Assembly (NCBI GenBank): GCA_036269995.1
Contig: DATBDJ010000014.1
Location: 36,785 to 100,784 of the forward strand
Source: Candidatus Udaeobacter sp.
GTDB lineage: Bacteria > Verrucomicrobiota > Verrucomicrobiia > Chthoniobacterales > UBA10450
Length of the DNA stretch: 64,000 nt
Reading direction: 5' to 3'
The notes beneath the pieces were generated by a model. It saw nothing but the letters and a program-made list of their open reading frames with translations. It had not been told where the DNA came from and did not search any database. Positions 1-8,305 of this stretch are shown here, piece after piece; within the stretch, counting starts at the first letter, position 1, and each line of letters starts with the position of its first letter. The position numbers and the translations under genes were made by a program.

Positions 1-128
1 AGTTCAAGGCCAGAAACAGGTTCATGATTCCTGTCGGCATCAATTCAGAAGACGCTTCATAGCAAAGACTGGCGCTTGAAATTCAATTCGCCTTTGCAGC
101 GCACAGCGCCTGCCGTTAGAACGGCCGT

Positions 129-659
129 GTGTCGCAGCGAATTGTCATTGCCTACTGGCTCATTCCTGCGGAGCCCAGGCGCAGTATCTTGCAAGCTTTA
201 ATCGCTGACCTCGCGCGACGACACGATGCGGCGGTGTTCGAGCCGCACTTGACGATCTTTGCTGGCGCGAATCATCCTGAGGCAGCGCAAAAAGTGCTCT
301 CACACGTCGGGCGACATTGCGCAGCGATCACGCTCGACGCACTCGAGATCCGTCAGTCCAACGAATTCATCAAAACATTGTTCGTGCAGTTCGCGCCGAG
401 CGCAGACTTGGAGCGAATCAAGGATGCGATTCGCAGCGCAGCACGAGATTCATCGGACTACGATCTTAACCCGCACCTGAGTCTGCTTTACAAGACGTTG
501 CACATCAGCGTGAGAAGCGAACTTGCGAACTCTATCAATCTGCCGTTTTTGAAAATTACTTTCAATGCGATAACGGCCGTACGCTGCATCTCGCCGACAC
601 AAACGACTGCGGATATTGCAGCGTGGCGGGTGATCGGTACGACGCCCCTCTCGACATAG
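129..659 (+). CDS. 2H phosphoesterase superfamily protein (LigT / cyclic phosphodiesterase-like)
   Basis: 176-aa ORF with a GTG start. It has two H-x-[TS]-x motifs (HLTI at aa 40-43, HLSL at aa 116-119) with the spacing typical of 2H enzymes. Confidence 0.7.
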   Translation: MSQRIVIAYWLIPAEPRRSILQALIADLARRHDAAVFEPHLTIFAGANHPEAAQKVLSHVGRHCAAITLDALEIRQSNEFIKTLFVQFAPSADLERIKDAIRSAARDSSDYDLNPHLSLLYKTLHISVRSELANSINLPFLKITFNAITAVRCISPTQTTADIAAWRVIGTTPLST

Positions 660-687
660 CCGGCGCATCGGCTCACATAGATCGCGG

Positions 688-1407
688 CTACAGCTCGACG
701 ATGCGATACGGTTTGCCGGCTTTGCGCAGCACTGGCGCTGATACGTTGTAAACAGGAATCCCAGTCGACGTTTTACCTTCAACAACGCCATTGTGCGCGT
801 GCCCGTGAAACACCGCATTCACGCGGAACCGATTGATCGGCTCTTCCAGACGGCTCGATCCCAGAAACGCATAAATTTCCGGGTCCTCTCCATGCAGTGT
901 CTCGCGAATTGGAGAATAGTGGAGCACAACAATCCGGCGTTGGGTTTGCAACTTTGCCAGCGCCTGCTCGAGACGCACAGCATGACTGATGGATTCTTGA
1001 ACGAACTGCTTGATAAGCGGTTCGCCCCAGGCGTTGAGCATTCTCCGGCCGAAACCGCCGCCGAAACCGCAGACTCCAGCAAAGGCAACTCCGGCAATCT
1101 CTATGGCTTCACCGTTGAGCATGTTTACACCTGCGTCATCGAGAACTTTGCAAACCATCTCCGACTGGCCTGATTCGAAATCATGATTACCGAGAACGCC
1201 AATGATCGGAATCCTTACCGCTGCTCGAATGTCGGCGACGAGTTCTTCGGCTTCCTCGGCAAGCCCGTAGTCGGTGAGGTCTCCGCAGAGTAGCAGCACA
1301 TCGGCAGCCCGTGAGATTTCGGCAAATGCTTCGTGCAACGCGCCGCGAGAATGTTTGGCATAGTGCAGATCCGCAGTAGCGGCAATTCGTAACCTTTGGT
1401 CAGCCAT
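688..1407 (-). CDS. metallophosphoesterase (calcineurin-like)
   Basis: 239 aa with the ordered motif series DLHY, GDLTD, GNHD, VLHYSP, GHAH. Confidence 0.85.
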   Translation of the reverse strand: MADQRLRIAATADLHYAKHSRGALHEAFAEISRAADVLLLCGDLTDYGLAEEAEELVADIRAAVRIPIIGVLGNHDFESGQSEMVCKVLDDAGVNMLNGEAIEIAGVAFAGVCGFGGGFGRRMLNAWGEPLIKQFVQESISHAVRLEQALAKLQTQRRIVVLHYSPIRETLHGEDPEIYAFLGSSRLEEPINRFRVNAVFHGHAHNGVVEGKTSTGIPVYNVSAPVLRKAGKPYRIVEL

Positions 1408-1508
1408 TTGATTATGTAACGGAATCGCTGCTGGCAGTGGACGTTTCCTCCGGAAACGTCTGCACCGCGGTCATGCACGCATAGTCTGGTCGACTTGCGT
1501 TATTGTGA

Positions 1509-2339
1509 GTGATGATTCCAAGGAGAGCAGCAGCCTCGAAAAGGAAGAGCAGGCTGAATGATTTTTACCTCAGATCAATGGCAATACTTCACGATGCCGA
1601 TGTGCCGTTTTTGATTGGCGGAGCATATGTGGTGGAAGCATATGCGGCTGTGTCGCGAAGAACGAAAGACTTCGATCTGTACATTCGGCCGCGCCACGTC
1701 GATGCAGCTCTCGATGCGCTAGCGTCCGCCGGGTTCAAGACTGAGGTGACATCGCCACATTGGCTGGCCAAAGCGAAGCACGGTCGGGACTACGTTGATC
1801 TGATTTTTCGCGCGGGCAATGGGTTGTGCGAAGTGGATGACTCCTGGTTTGACCGCGCAAAGGACCACGAACTTCTCGGGTTTCGTACCAAACTCTGCGC
1901 GCCCGAGGAGATGATTTGGATGAAGGCGTACATCATGGAGCGCGAACGATTCGACGGCGCCGACATCGCCCACATCCTTCTCAAGTGCGCCGACAAACTT
2001 GATTGGCCGCACGTGGTTCGGCGCTTCGGACCGGACTGGCGCGTCCTACTCAGCCACCTCGTGTTATTTGGGTACGTTTATCCTACTGAGTTGGGACGAA
2101 TTCCCACAACCGTGATGGATGAGTTAATCGAGCGGTTACAACAAGAAACGCCCGCTGCTGGCGACAAGCCCGTCTGCCGCGGAACGCTTCTCTCGCGCAA
2201 GCAATATTTGATCGACGTGGAAAACTGGGGATTTCAGGACGCGCGGATCGAGAAGCGTGTGCACATGTCTTCAACAGACATCGCACACTGGACGAAGGCT
2301 GGCGCAAAAGACGAGAACGCACCGGACAAGGCCGCATGA
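1509..2339 (+). CDS. nucleotidyltransferase-fold protein (pol-beta / MNT-like), function unknown
   Basis: 276 aa. GGAYVVEAYAAVSRRTKDFDLY fits the G[GS]-x(n)-D-x-D NTase signature. Divergent from the 688..1407 gene. Confidence 0.6.
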   Translation: MMIPRRAAASKRKSRLNDFYLRSMAILHDADVPFLIGGAYVVEAYAAVSRRTKDFDLYIRPRHVDAALDALASAGFKTEVTSPHWLAKAKHGRDYVDLIFRAGNGLCEVDDSWFDRAKDHELLGFRTKLCAPEEMIWMKAYIMERERFDGADIAHILLKCADKLDWPHVVRRFGPDWRVLLSHLVLFGYVYPTELGRIPTTVMDELIERLQQETPAAGDKPVCRGTLLSRKQYLIDVENWGFQDARIEKRVHMSSTDIAHWTKAGAKDENAPDKAA

Positions 2340-2400
2340 TTCCATTTTGCTCAGGCGACCGAATGAATTTTTCAGTGTAACAAGAGGCTGAGCGCCGGGT

Positions 2401-4326
2401 TTATTCAGCTTGCGCAGGAGAAATCGTCGGGGAAGGAACTGCTGACGCAGCCGCCAACCTGCTTTTTGCTTCCTCGAGAAGTTGTCGTTCTTCGGGATAA
2501 ATCTGTTCATCATCAGCGGCGGCAATGTAGTCCTTGGCTGCTTCACTCTCATCCGCCTCAGCAAATAACAGCGCAACGTAAACAGCCGCGTGCGCGTCCT
2601 TCAACTGGTCAGCCGGCAAGGCTTGTATAATCGCAAGCGCGTCGCCGTTTTTGCCAAGGCGCGATAAGGAAAACGCGTAAGTTACAGCGCAATTAACCTC
2701 CTTTGGAGCGCGCTCATACGCCTCCTTTGCAAGTTGGTGCCAACGCTCGACGTCTTGCCCAAGATTGATGCCGAGCCGAGCGAGATCCGCTGTGATCGGC
2801 GCCTCGTTCGGCGAACTCTCGTGCAGACGCTGGAGAACATCGTAAAGCCTGGCTGTTTCATTCTTCTCCCGATAGAACTTGCGAAGATTTTCAAGTGCTT
2901 CCCGACGAGTCGCAGGGACTTCGGACAGACGCCACCAAAGCTCCTTGGATTCCTTCTCGAGTTCCCATTTTGACGCGAGACGCGCCAAAACAAGTTTGTC
3001 TTCGGGCCGGTGCGTTGTGAGTTGCACCGCAGATTGCCAGAGGCTTTCAAAATCTTCACTGGCAGTCCCGCCCGTGCGTGGTCGTGATTTCTGCGTGGCA
3101 ATTGCATGATATGCGAAACGCAAATATTCGGATTCGCCCCACGTGCCAGCCTGTGTCCAACGTTTCAGCCGCGACCAAATTTTTGTCGCCGCATAAGCGT
3201 CCGCGATTGCGACGGCTGTTGGCGGCGAGCTCACGTGTGGCGGCGGCAATTTTTCGATCCACTTTACGACATCGCCAGCGAGGCCGTTTTGGTTCATCCA
3301 ATCGATCAATGACGCGAGTTCAGTCGGGTCGCGCGCAGCAAAGGGCTTTACCTTCTCGAGTAGCAGACGGAATTTTTTCTGGTCGAGCTTCCGATAAAAT
3401 TTCAGACAAAGCAGATAATCGCCGAATGTAATCTCGGGCGACATTTGGAGTTGCTGCGCAAAATTGTCGGCCGCGGCGAGGTCGTTGCTCGTGACCGCAT
3501 CATTAAGCAATGCACGCAGAGAGCCAATCCGATAATCGCCGACCGTGCTGAGCCGCTGGAGGGTCTCGAGTGCTTTCGCCCTCTTTTCCGCATCGTGTGA
3601 ATGAATTTGGAGTGCCGCGAGATTGAACTGATACACATCGTTCCTCGGCTCTTTTTCAACAGCGGCCGCGAACTGTTCCTCTTGCTCGGCAAAATTTCCC
3701 TCAGCGCGAGCCAGCCAGCCTGTGACAACGTGAAAAGCTGCCCGGTCCCGATCGTTCGGAGCAACACGGTCAAGTGCCTGGCGCGCGACGTCAAGTTTTC
3801 CGAAACGCAACGCGGCGGATGCCAGATTGAGCTGACTATCGTAATTGTTCGGTAATACTCGCGCTATCTGTTGTCTCCACGATACCGCTTCTTCCAGATT
3901 CTCTCTCTCTGCTGTTTCGGCCAAAACGTACAGCGCCGGCAGCGAATCAGGTTTTTGTGCCAGAAGTTCGTGCGCGGTTTTCGCTGCTTGGCTGAGTTTT
4001 CCTTCTTGTAGCAGTGCAGTTGCCCGTTGGGCCAACCGTGTCGCGTGCCAGTCGTGATACAATTTCAAGCTGTAGCTGAAGACAACAGTGGCGAGCAGCA
4101 AAATGATTATCGAGGTTGCGGCGGTGGCAAAGACACCCCCACACCACAGCCGCCGCCGCGATCGACCTTTCGGTTCGACAAAGAAACTACGAGCTCTTCG
4201 CGCGCCAACCTTTTCGGTTGCCGCTTCTTCTTCGTGTTCTACGCGCACAACGTCCCTTTGTTGCTCCCAGGAATGCTCATTGGCGTGGCTAAGGAGGAGT
4301 TGCCAGCTCGGCTTCTTGGACGGCAA
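2401..4326 (-). CDS. membrane-anchored TPR repeat protein
   Basis: 641 aa. One N-terminal TM segment (VFATAATSIIILLLATVVF) is followed by about 550 aa of A/L/Y-rich helical repeats. The ORF-track start is a TTG that overlaps the upstream gene by 38 nt. An in-frame GTG at 4248 is an alternative start. Confidence 0.8.
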   Translation of the reverse strand: MPSKKPSWQLLLSHANEHSWEQQRDVVRVEHEEEAATEKVGARRARSFFVEPKGRSRRRLWCGGVFATAATSIIILLLATVVFSYSLKLYHDWHATRLAQRATALLQEGKLSQAAKTAHELLAQKPDSLPALYVLAETAERENLEEAVSWRQQIARVLPNNYDSQLNLASAALRFGKLDVARQALDRVAPNDRDRAAFHVVTGWLARAEGNFAEQEEQFAAAVEKEPRNDVYQFNLAALQIHSHDAEKRAKALETLQRLSTVGDYRIGSLRALLNDAVTSNDLAAADNFAQQLQMSPEITFGDYLLCLKFYRKLDQKKFRLLLEKVKPFAARDPTELASLIDWMNQNGLAGDVVKWIEKLPPPHVSSPPTAVAIADAYAATKIWSRLKRWTQAGTWGESEYLRFAYHAIATQKSRPRTGGTASEDFESLWQSAVQLTTHRPEDKLVLARLASKWELEKESKELWWRLSEVPATRREALENLRKFYREKNETARLYDVLQRLHESSPNEAPITADLARLGINLGQDVERWHQLAKEAYERAPKEVNCAVTYAFSLSRLGKNGDALAIIQALPADQLKDAHAAVYVALLFAEADESEAAKDYIAAADDEQIYPEERQLLEEAKSRLAAASAVPSPTISPAQAE

Positions 4327-5656
4327 CGGCTGCTTCGGCCGACTCCAGTGTCTGTTCCCGCAAACGCAGACCCCAAACGTAGCGCGCCAGCAAAACCTTC
4401 ATTGTCGCCGTGAGCGGCACTGCGAGCAGCGGCCCGATCACTCCACCAATAATCAGACCCCAGACAAAGATCGACACGATGACCGTCATTGGGTGCAACC
4501 CGACGTAGTTGCCAACAATTCGCGGAGCGTAAAATATTCCCTCGAGATTTTGAATCAATATGAAAATCGCCGTCACGATCATCGGATGCGTCCAGTCGCC
4601 CCATTGAAACGCAGCGATGAGAACCGCAGGTACCCAGCAAATGATAATGCCGATATACGGAATCATTGTAAGCACGACCACTAGCGCGCCAATTATCGGG
4701 GCAAAGTTGAGACCAAAAATCGTCAACGCGGTTCCGATCAGAATCCCATCAACCAGACACACTAGTAATTGTCCCCGGAAATATGCGGTAACGTAACGAT
4801 TGATATCCGACAACAAGTCGGCGACCTCATCTTTGAGAGGCGACGCGCGCAGCGGCAGGTATTCGCGCCATCGCCTCTGGATGCGCGGCTTTTCGTTCAG
4901 CAGGAAAAATAGATAGATCGGCACGAGGATCAGACTGAGTAGAAAACCGGTGATGCCGAGAAACCCGCCGATGCTTTTTTTCAGAATATCCCAGAGCTTT
5001 TCCAACAGTGTCGGAAGCGCTTGCTCCAATTTTGGCATCTGCTTTTCCACGTAAGCTTGAATGCGCTGACGTTCAGCCGTGGTCAGCTTTGGCTGACTTG
5101 GAGCAATGACTTCGGTTGGAGGCGCGCTCGCTTCAGGAGAGGCGCTGGGACTCTCCGTGCTTTGTGCGCGAGCAGAAGGTGATGCTGCCGGGCCGATAAG
5201 CCAGTTCGTCAGGTTTTTGGATGCCGCTTTTCCATGGCCGCCCCCGAACAAGCCAAAACTGTGATCAAATCGATAGATCAAATCCACCATGTAATCCCGC
5301 GCTCGATCGGTGTACGCGGGAACCTGTCTGGCGAAATTCGCGCTTTGTACCGATATGCTTGGAATCAGCCACGCGCCCAATCCTGCGAGCGCAAAAAAAG
5401 CGATCGTAAAAACCAGAGCGACGGCCTTGGTACGGGTGAGCGTTCCGCGAGACATTCTCGTGACCAGCGGGTCGAGGAGGTACGTGAGGATCACTGCGAT
5501 GGCCACGGGGATGAGAATGGGCTGCAGGAAACTGATTACGCTGGCCGCTGCCCAAATCGCGGCGCCGATAACGATAACCAGAACGACCACGAAAAACGCA
5601 GTAAGCGCCGCCCACATCGTCTTGCGCTGCCAGGGCGTGGGATAATCAGTGATCAT
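4289..5656 (-). CDS. AI-2E family transporter (PerM / UPF0118)
   Basis: 455 aa, polytopic. The C-terminal half (YFRGQLLVCLVDGILIGTAL ... IPYIG ... NYVGLHPMTVIVSI) matches the AI-2E/PerM pattern. There is a long A/S/P-rich loop after TM3. Confidence 0.85.
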   Translation of the reverse strand: MITDYPTPWQRKTMWAALTAFFVVVLVIVIGAAIWAAASVISFLQPILIPVAIAVILTYLLDPLVTRMSRGTLTRTKAVALVFTIAFFALAGLGAWLIPSISVQSANFARQVPAYTDRARDYMVDLIYRFDHSFGLFGGGHGKAASKNLTNWLIGPAASPSARAQSTESPSASPEASAPPTEVIAPSQPKLTTAERQRIQAYVEKQMPKLEQALPTLLEKLWDILKKSIGGFLGITGFLLSLILVPIYLFFLLNEKPRIQRRWREYLPLRASPLKDEVADLLSDINRYVTAYFRGQLLVCLVDGILIGTALTIFGLNFAPIIGALVVVLTMIPYIGIIICWVPAVLIAAFQWGDWTHPMIVTAIFILIQNLEGIFYAPRIVGNYVGLHPMTVIVSIFVWGLIIGGVIGPLLAVPLTATMKVLLARYVWGLRLREQTLESAEAAVAVQEAELATPP

Positions 5657-5671
5657 TACGGCGACGCTCGC

Positions 5672-7555
5672 CTACGTCGGATTTATCTTAACAGGCAAAT
5701 CTTTGCTGAGTCTCTTCTTGGTCCCGTCGATCTTGTCTGCGAGATTTTTGTTCTGCGGATCGAGTGCCAGCGCTTTCTGCCATGCTTCCAATGCTTCCTG
5801 CATTCGGTTCAACTTTAAGTAAGTGTCGCCGACATGTTCGAACACGACCGGGTCCTCGTGCTCCGCCGCTTTAACTGCGCGAAGGAGATCGTTCAAGGCT
5901 CGATCGAATTTACCTTTTCGGAATTCTACCCAGCCCAGACTGTCCAGATACGACGCGTTGTTCGGTTCGCTCTCCACGGCGTGTCTAATCATCGCTTCGG
6001 CTTCGTCCAGATTCATATTGTGGTCCGCCCACATGTACCCGAGAAAATTGTACGCTTCTGCCGAATTGGAGGGATCGAGCGCAATGGCTTTGCGAACTAA
6101 CTCAGCCGCTTTGTCGTACAAACCGGCCTGTTCGGCAGCCGCCCCATAATTGAAGTAAAATTTCGCATTAATTACGTCGTCATCCTCATCGCGTTGAGCC
6201 TCGTGCAGCGCCTCTTCAAAAGTCGCGACGGCTTGCTGGCTTTGTTTTGCCTCGCGCTGAGCGATCGCAAGGTAATAGACGATCTCCGGCGCGCCTGGAA
6301 ACCGGCGGCGCGCGTCGGTCAGCAATTTCACGGCGCGATCAGCGTTCTTTAACGGCCCAAGAAGCAGCTCCGCCAAACGCAGATACGTGCTGGCGTGATT
6401 TGGATTGATCAAGAGACTTTGTTCGTAATTGGCGGCTACTTTGGCAAAGGCCGCTCTGGCTTCCTCCGGCCGATTTCCGCGCTGCAGCGATCGCGCTTCA
6501 TCATCCAGCACCTGCGCCAGTAAATCATACGGCTGATATTTATCGGGATGCTGCTTAATGATTTGCTCGAGCATCTCAACGGCTTTTCCGCGTTGGTTTG
6601 TCAGGATGAAACCAGTGGCTAGTTTCTCCCGCGCATTTGCGTCGTCTGGTTGCAACTCAAGGACGCGCAGGTAGAGCGGGATAGCTTCCTTCAACTGCTG
6701 CGATGCTGCGTAATAATCCGCGACCTCCTTGAGGATGGCCGGATCATCGCCCGCGTGTGCCGCTGCTTTGTCAAAAATCTCGTTCGTCCTTTTGAATTCG
6801 TCGCGTTTCGGCTGCGACTCGGACTTGAAAAGAAGTGCCACGTAAAGTTTTCCGAGCCGCGTCCAGAAACTGGGATCGCTGCTGTCAATCTTTGTGGCGC
6901 GGTCTAAAATCTCGAGCGCTTTCTTTTCCTGCCCCGCTGCAATCTCAATCTCCACCAGGCGCTGGTAACCTTCTACGTCTGCGGGATTCAGAGCGATGGC
7001 TCGGTTGGCATAATCGACGGCCTGGTCGGTTTTCTTGAGATATTTCGCGTAGATGAAAGCCAGCTGCTGATATGGCGCGGCATCCTTGGGGTTCGCTTTG
7101 ATCGCATCCTTCAGCACGTCGATGGCCTGCGGAAATTCCTCCTGCTGTATCAGCAAGCCCGCCACCCGCGAGGCCAGCTGCGACTGGCCGGGATCGACAT
7201 TGAGCACCTTACGGTAAGCCTCGAGCGCCCGGTCCATCTCGCCGTTTTCTTCGAACGCCATGCCCTCGACGAAACGCGCGAGCGCGCCGACTTTGCGTTC
7301 GCCGCCTGCACGCAGGGCCAGATCGGGAGCTGGTTTGGATCTAACTGAATCGTCCTGTCGTGCACTTTGTTTGACCTGGTGTTCACGCAAATTTTTTTGT
7401 GGCAAAGTTCGCGTCGTCGATTCGGCGAGTACGCTCCCGAGATTGACAAGGATAAGCGCAAAAACAATTCGCCAGCAGACGCTAACACCGCGCTTTGTGC
7501 GCTCCCTCATTTTAAGGAGTCTAACTTTTGGCATAGCCCTCCGCAAACAAGCCAA
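5672..7555 (-). CDS. secreted or membrane-anchored TPR repeat protein
   Basis: 627 aa with an N-terminal hydrophobic segment (WRIVFALILVNLGSVLA) followed by TPR-like repeats throughout. The ORF-track start is TTG. In-frame ATGs at 7534 and 7510 are plausible true starts. Confidence 0.85.
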   Translation of the reverse strand: MACLRRAMPKVRLLKMRERTKRGVSVCWRIVFALILVNLGSVLAESTTRTLPQKNLREHQVKQSARQDDSVRSKPAPDLALRAGGERKVGALARFVEGMAFEENGEMDRALEAYRKVLNVDPGQSQLASRVAGLLIQQEEFPQAIDVLKDAIKANPKDAAPYQQLAFIYAKYLKKTDQAVDYANRAIALNPADVEGYQRLVEIEIAAGQEKKALEILDRATKIDSSDPSFWTRLGKLYVALLFKSESQPKRDEFKRTNEIFDKAAAHAGDDPAILKEVADYYAASQQLKEAIPLYLRVLELQPDDANAREKLATGFILTNQRGKAVEMLEQIIKQHPDKYQPYDLLAQVLDDEARSLQRGNRPEEARAAFAKVAANYEQSLLINPNHASTYLRLAELLLGPLKNADRAVKLLTDARRRFPGAPEIVYYLAIAQREAKQSQQAVATFEEALHEAQRDEDDDVINAKFYFNYGAAAEQAGLYDKAAELVRKAIALDPSNSAEAYNFLGYMWADHNMNLDEAEAMIRHAVESEPNNASYLDSLGWVEFRKGKFDRALNDLLRAVKAAEHEDPVVFEHVGDTYLKLNRMQEALEAWQKALALDPQNKNLADKIDGTKKRLSKDLPVKINPT

Positions 7556-7642
7556 GCGTTTCCGCCGTCGGTCGCCAGGTGCCCAGCGACAGCCCTTGTA
7601 TCTGGGGCTTGAGTGCCTCCGCGCGAGAGAAGCGCCTGAGAT

Positions 7643-7747
7643 TTACAGCTTGTACCGCAGGCGCTTCTTGTGCCGATGCAGCTTCATGCGTTTACGCCGC
7701 TTGTGCTTGGCAATTTTTGCTTTGCGCCTTTTTTTAAGAGAGCCCAT
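7643..7747 (-). CDS. small basic protein, AURKAIP1/COX24-domain (ribosomal bS22-like)
   Basis: 34-codon ATG..TAA ORF that I translated by hand: MGSLKKRRKAKIAKHKRRKRMKLHRHKKRLRYKL. 22 of 34 residues are K/R/H. The N-terminal MGS.KKRRK pattern recalls actinobacterial bS22. It is too short for the ORF track. Confidence 0.65.
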   Translation of the reverse strand: MGSLKKRRKAKIAKHKRRKRMKLHRHKKRLRYKL

Positions 7748-7834
7748 TCAGATTTCGGAATTTGCAGCTCGCGAGTGAACCATTTAACAGGTTGAATTGC
7801 AACTCACTTTCACTAACTCCCAGCAAGAGTAACC

Positions 7835-8266
7835 TCAAGGCAAACCCGCAGCCAGAGCGGTTGAACTCTCAAAGACGCGAACAATACCGCGGCGCTTCTC
7901 GAAGCCATCTTCGATGCGCACGCGAGAATTAAACGCAAGTTCCGATGGCAATTCTTCCCTGGAGAAAAAGCCGACTTCCGAAATTCCCGGCGGACAAGCC
8001 CGCGGATTACCACCACTTAATGTCGCGGCAAATGAAAGGAGCAGATCGTCGCGGTACGGTCTGGCGTACACACCGATAAGATGCGAGATCCTGACGTCAC
8101 ACGCGATCTCCTCAATCGCTTCACGTTTCAGCGCCTGAAGCGGAGATTCACCAGGTTCGACGCGACCGCCCGGCGTGCTCCAACGGCGCGAACCGTATCC
8201 CTGGCGCACGAGTAAAATGCGGTTCGCCTCGTCGAAGATCGCCGCGAACACGCCGAAAGAAACCAT
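7835..8266 (-). CDS. NUDIX hydrolase
   Basis: 143 aa with the Nudix box GGRVEPGESPLQALKREAIEEIA. Confidence 0.9.
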   Translation of the reverse strand: MVSFGVFAAIFDEANRILLVRQGYGSRRWSTPGGRVEPGESPLQALKREAIEEIACDVRISHLIGVYARPYRDDLLLSFAATLSGGNPRACPPGISEVGFFSREELPSELAFNSRVRIEDGFEKRRGIVRVFESSTALAAGLP

Positions 8267-8305
8267 GTGCGCAGTTACTGAAGCATGAGTCGCTGGTGAT
8301 CACGG

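Noticed and set aside
1-128. Possible gene start running off the left edge (minus-strand ATG at 25)
   Set aside because: Only 8 codons are visible, which is too short to evaluate.
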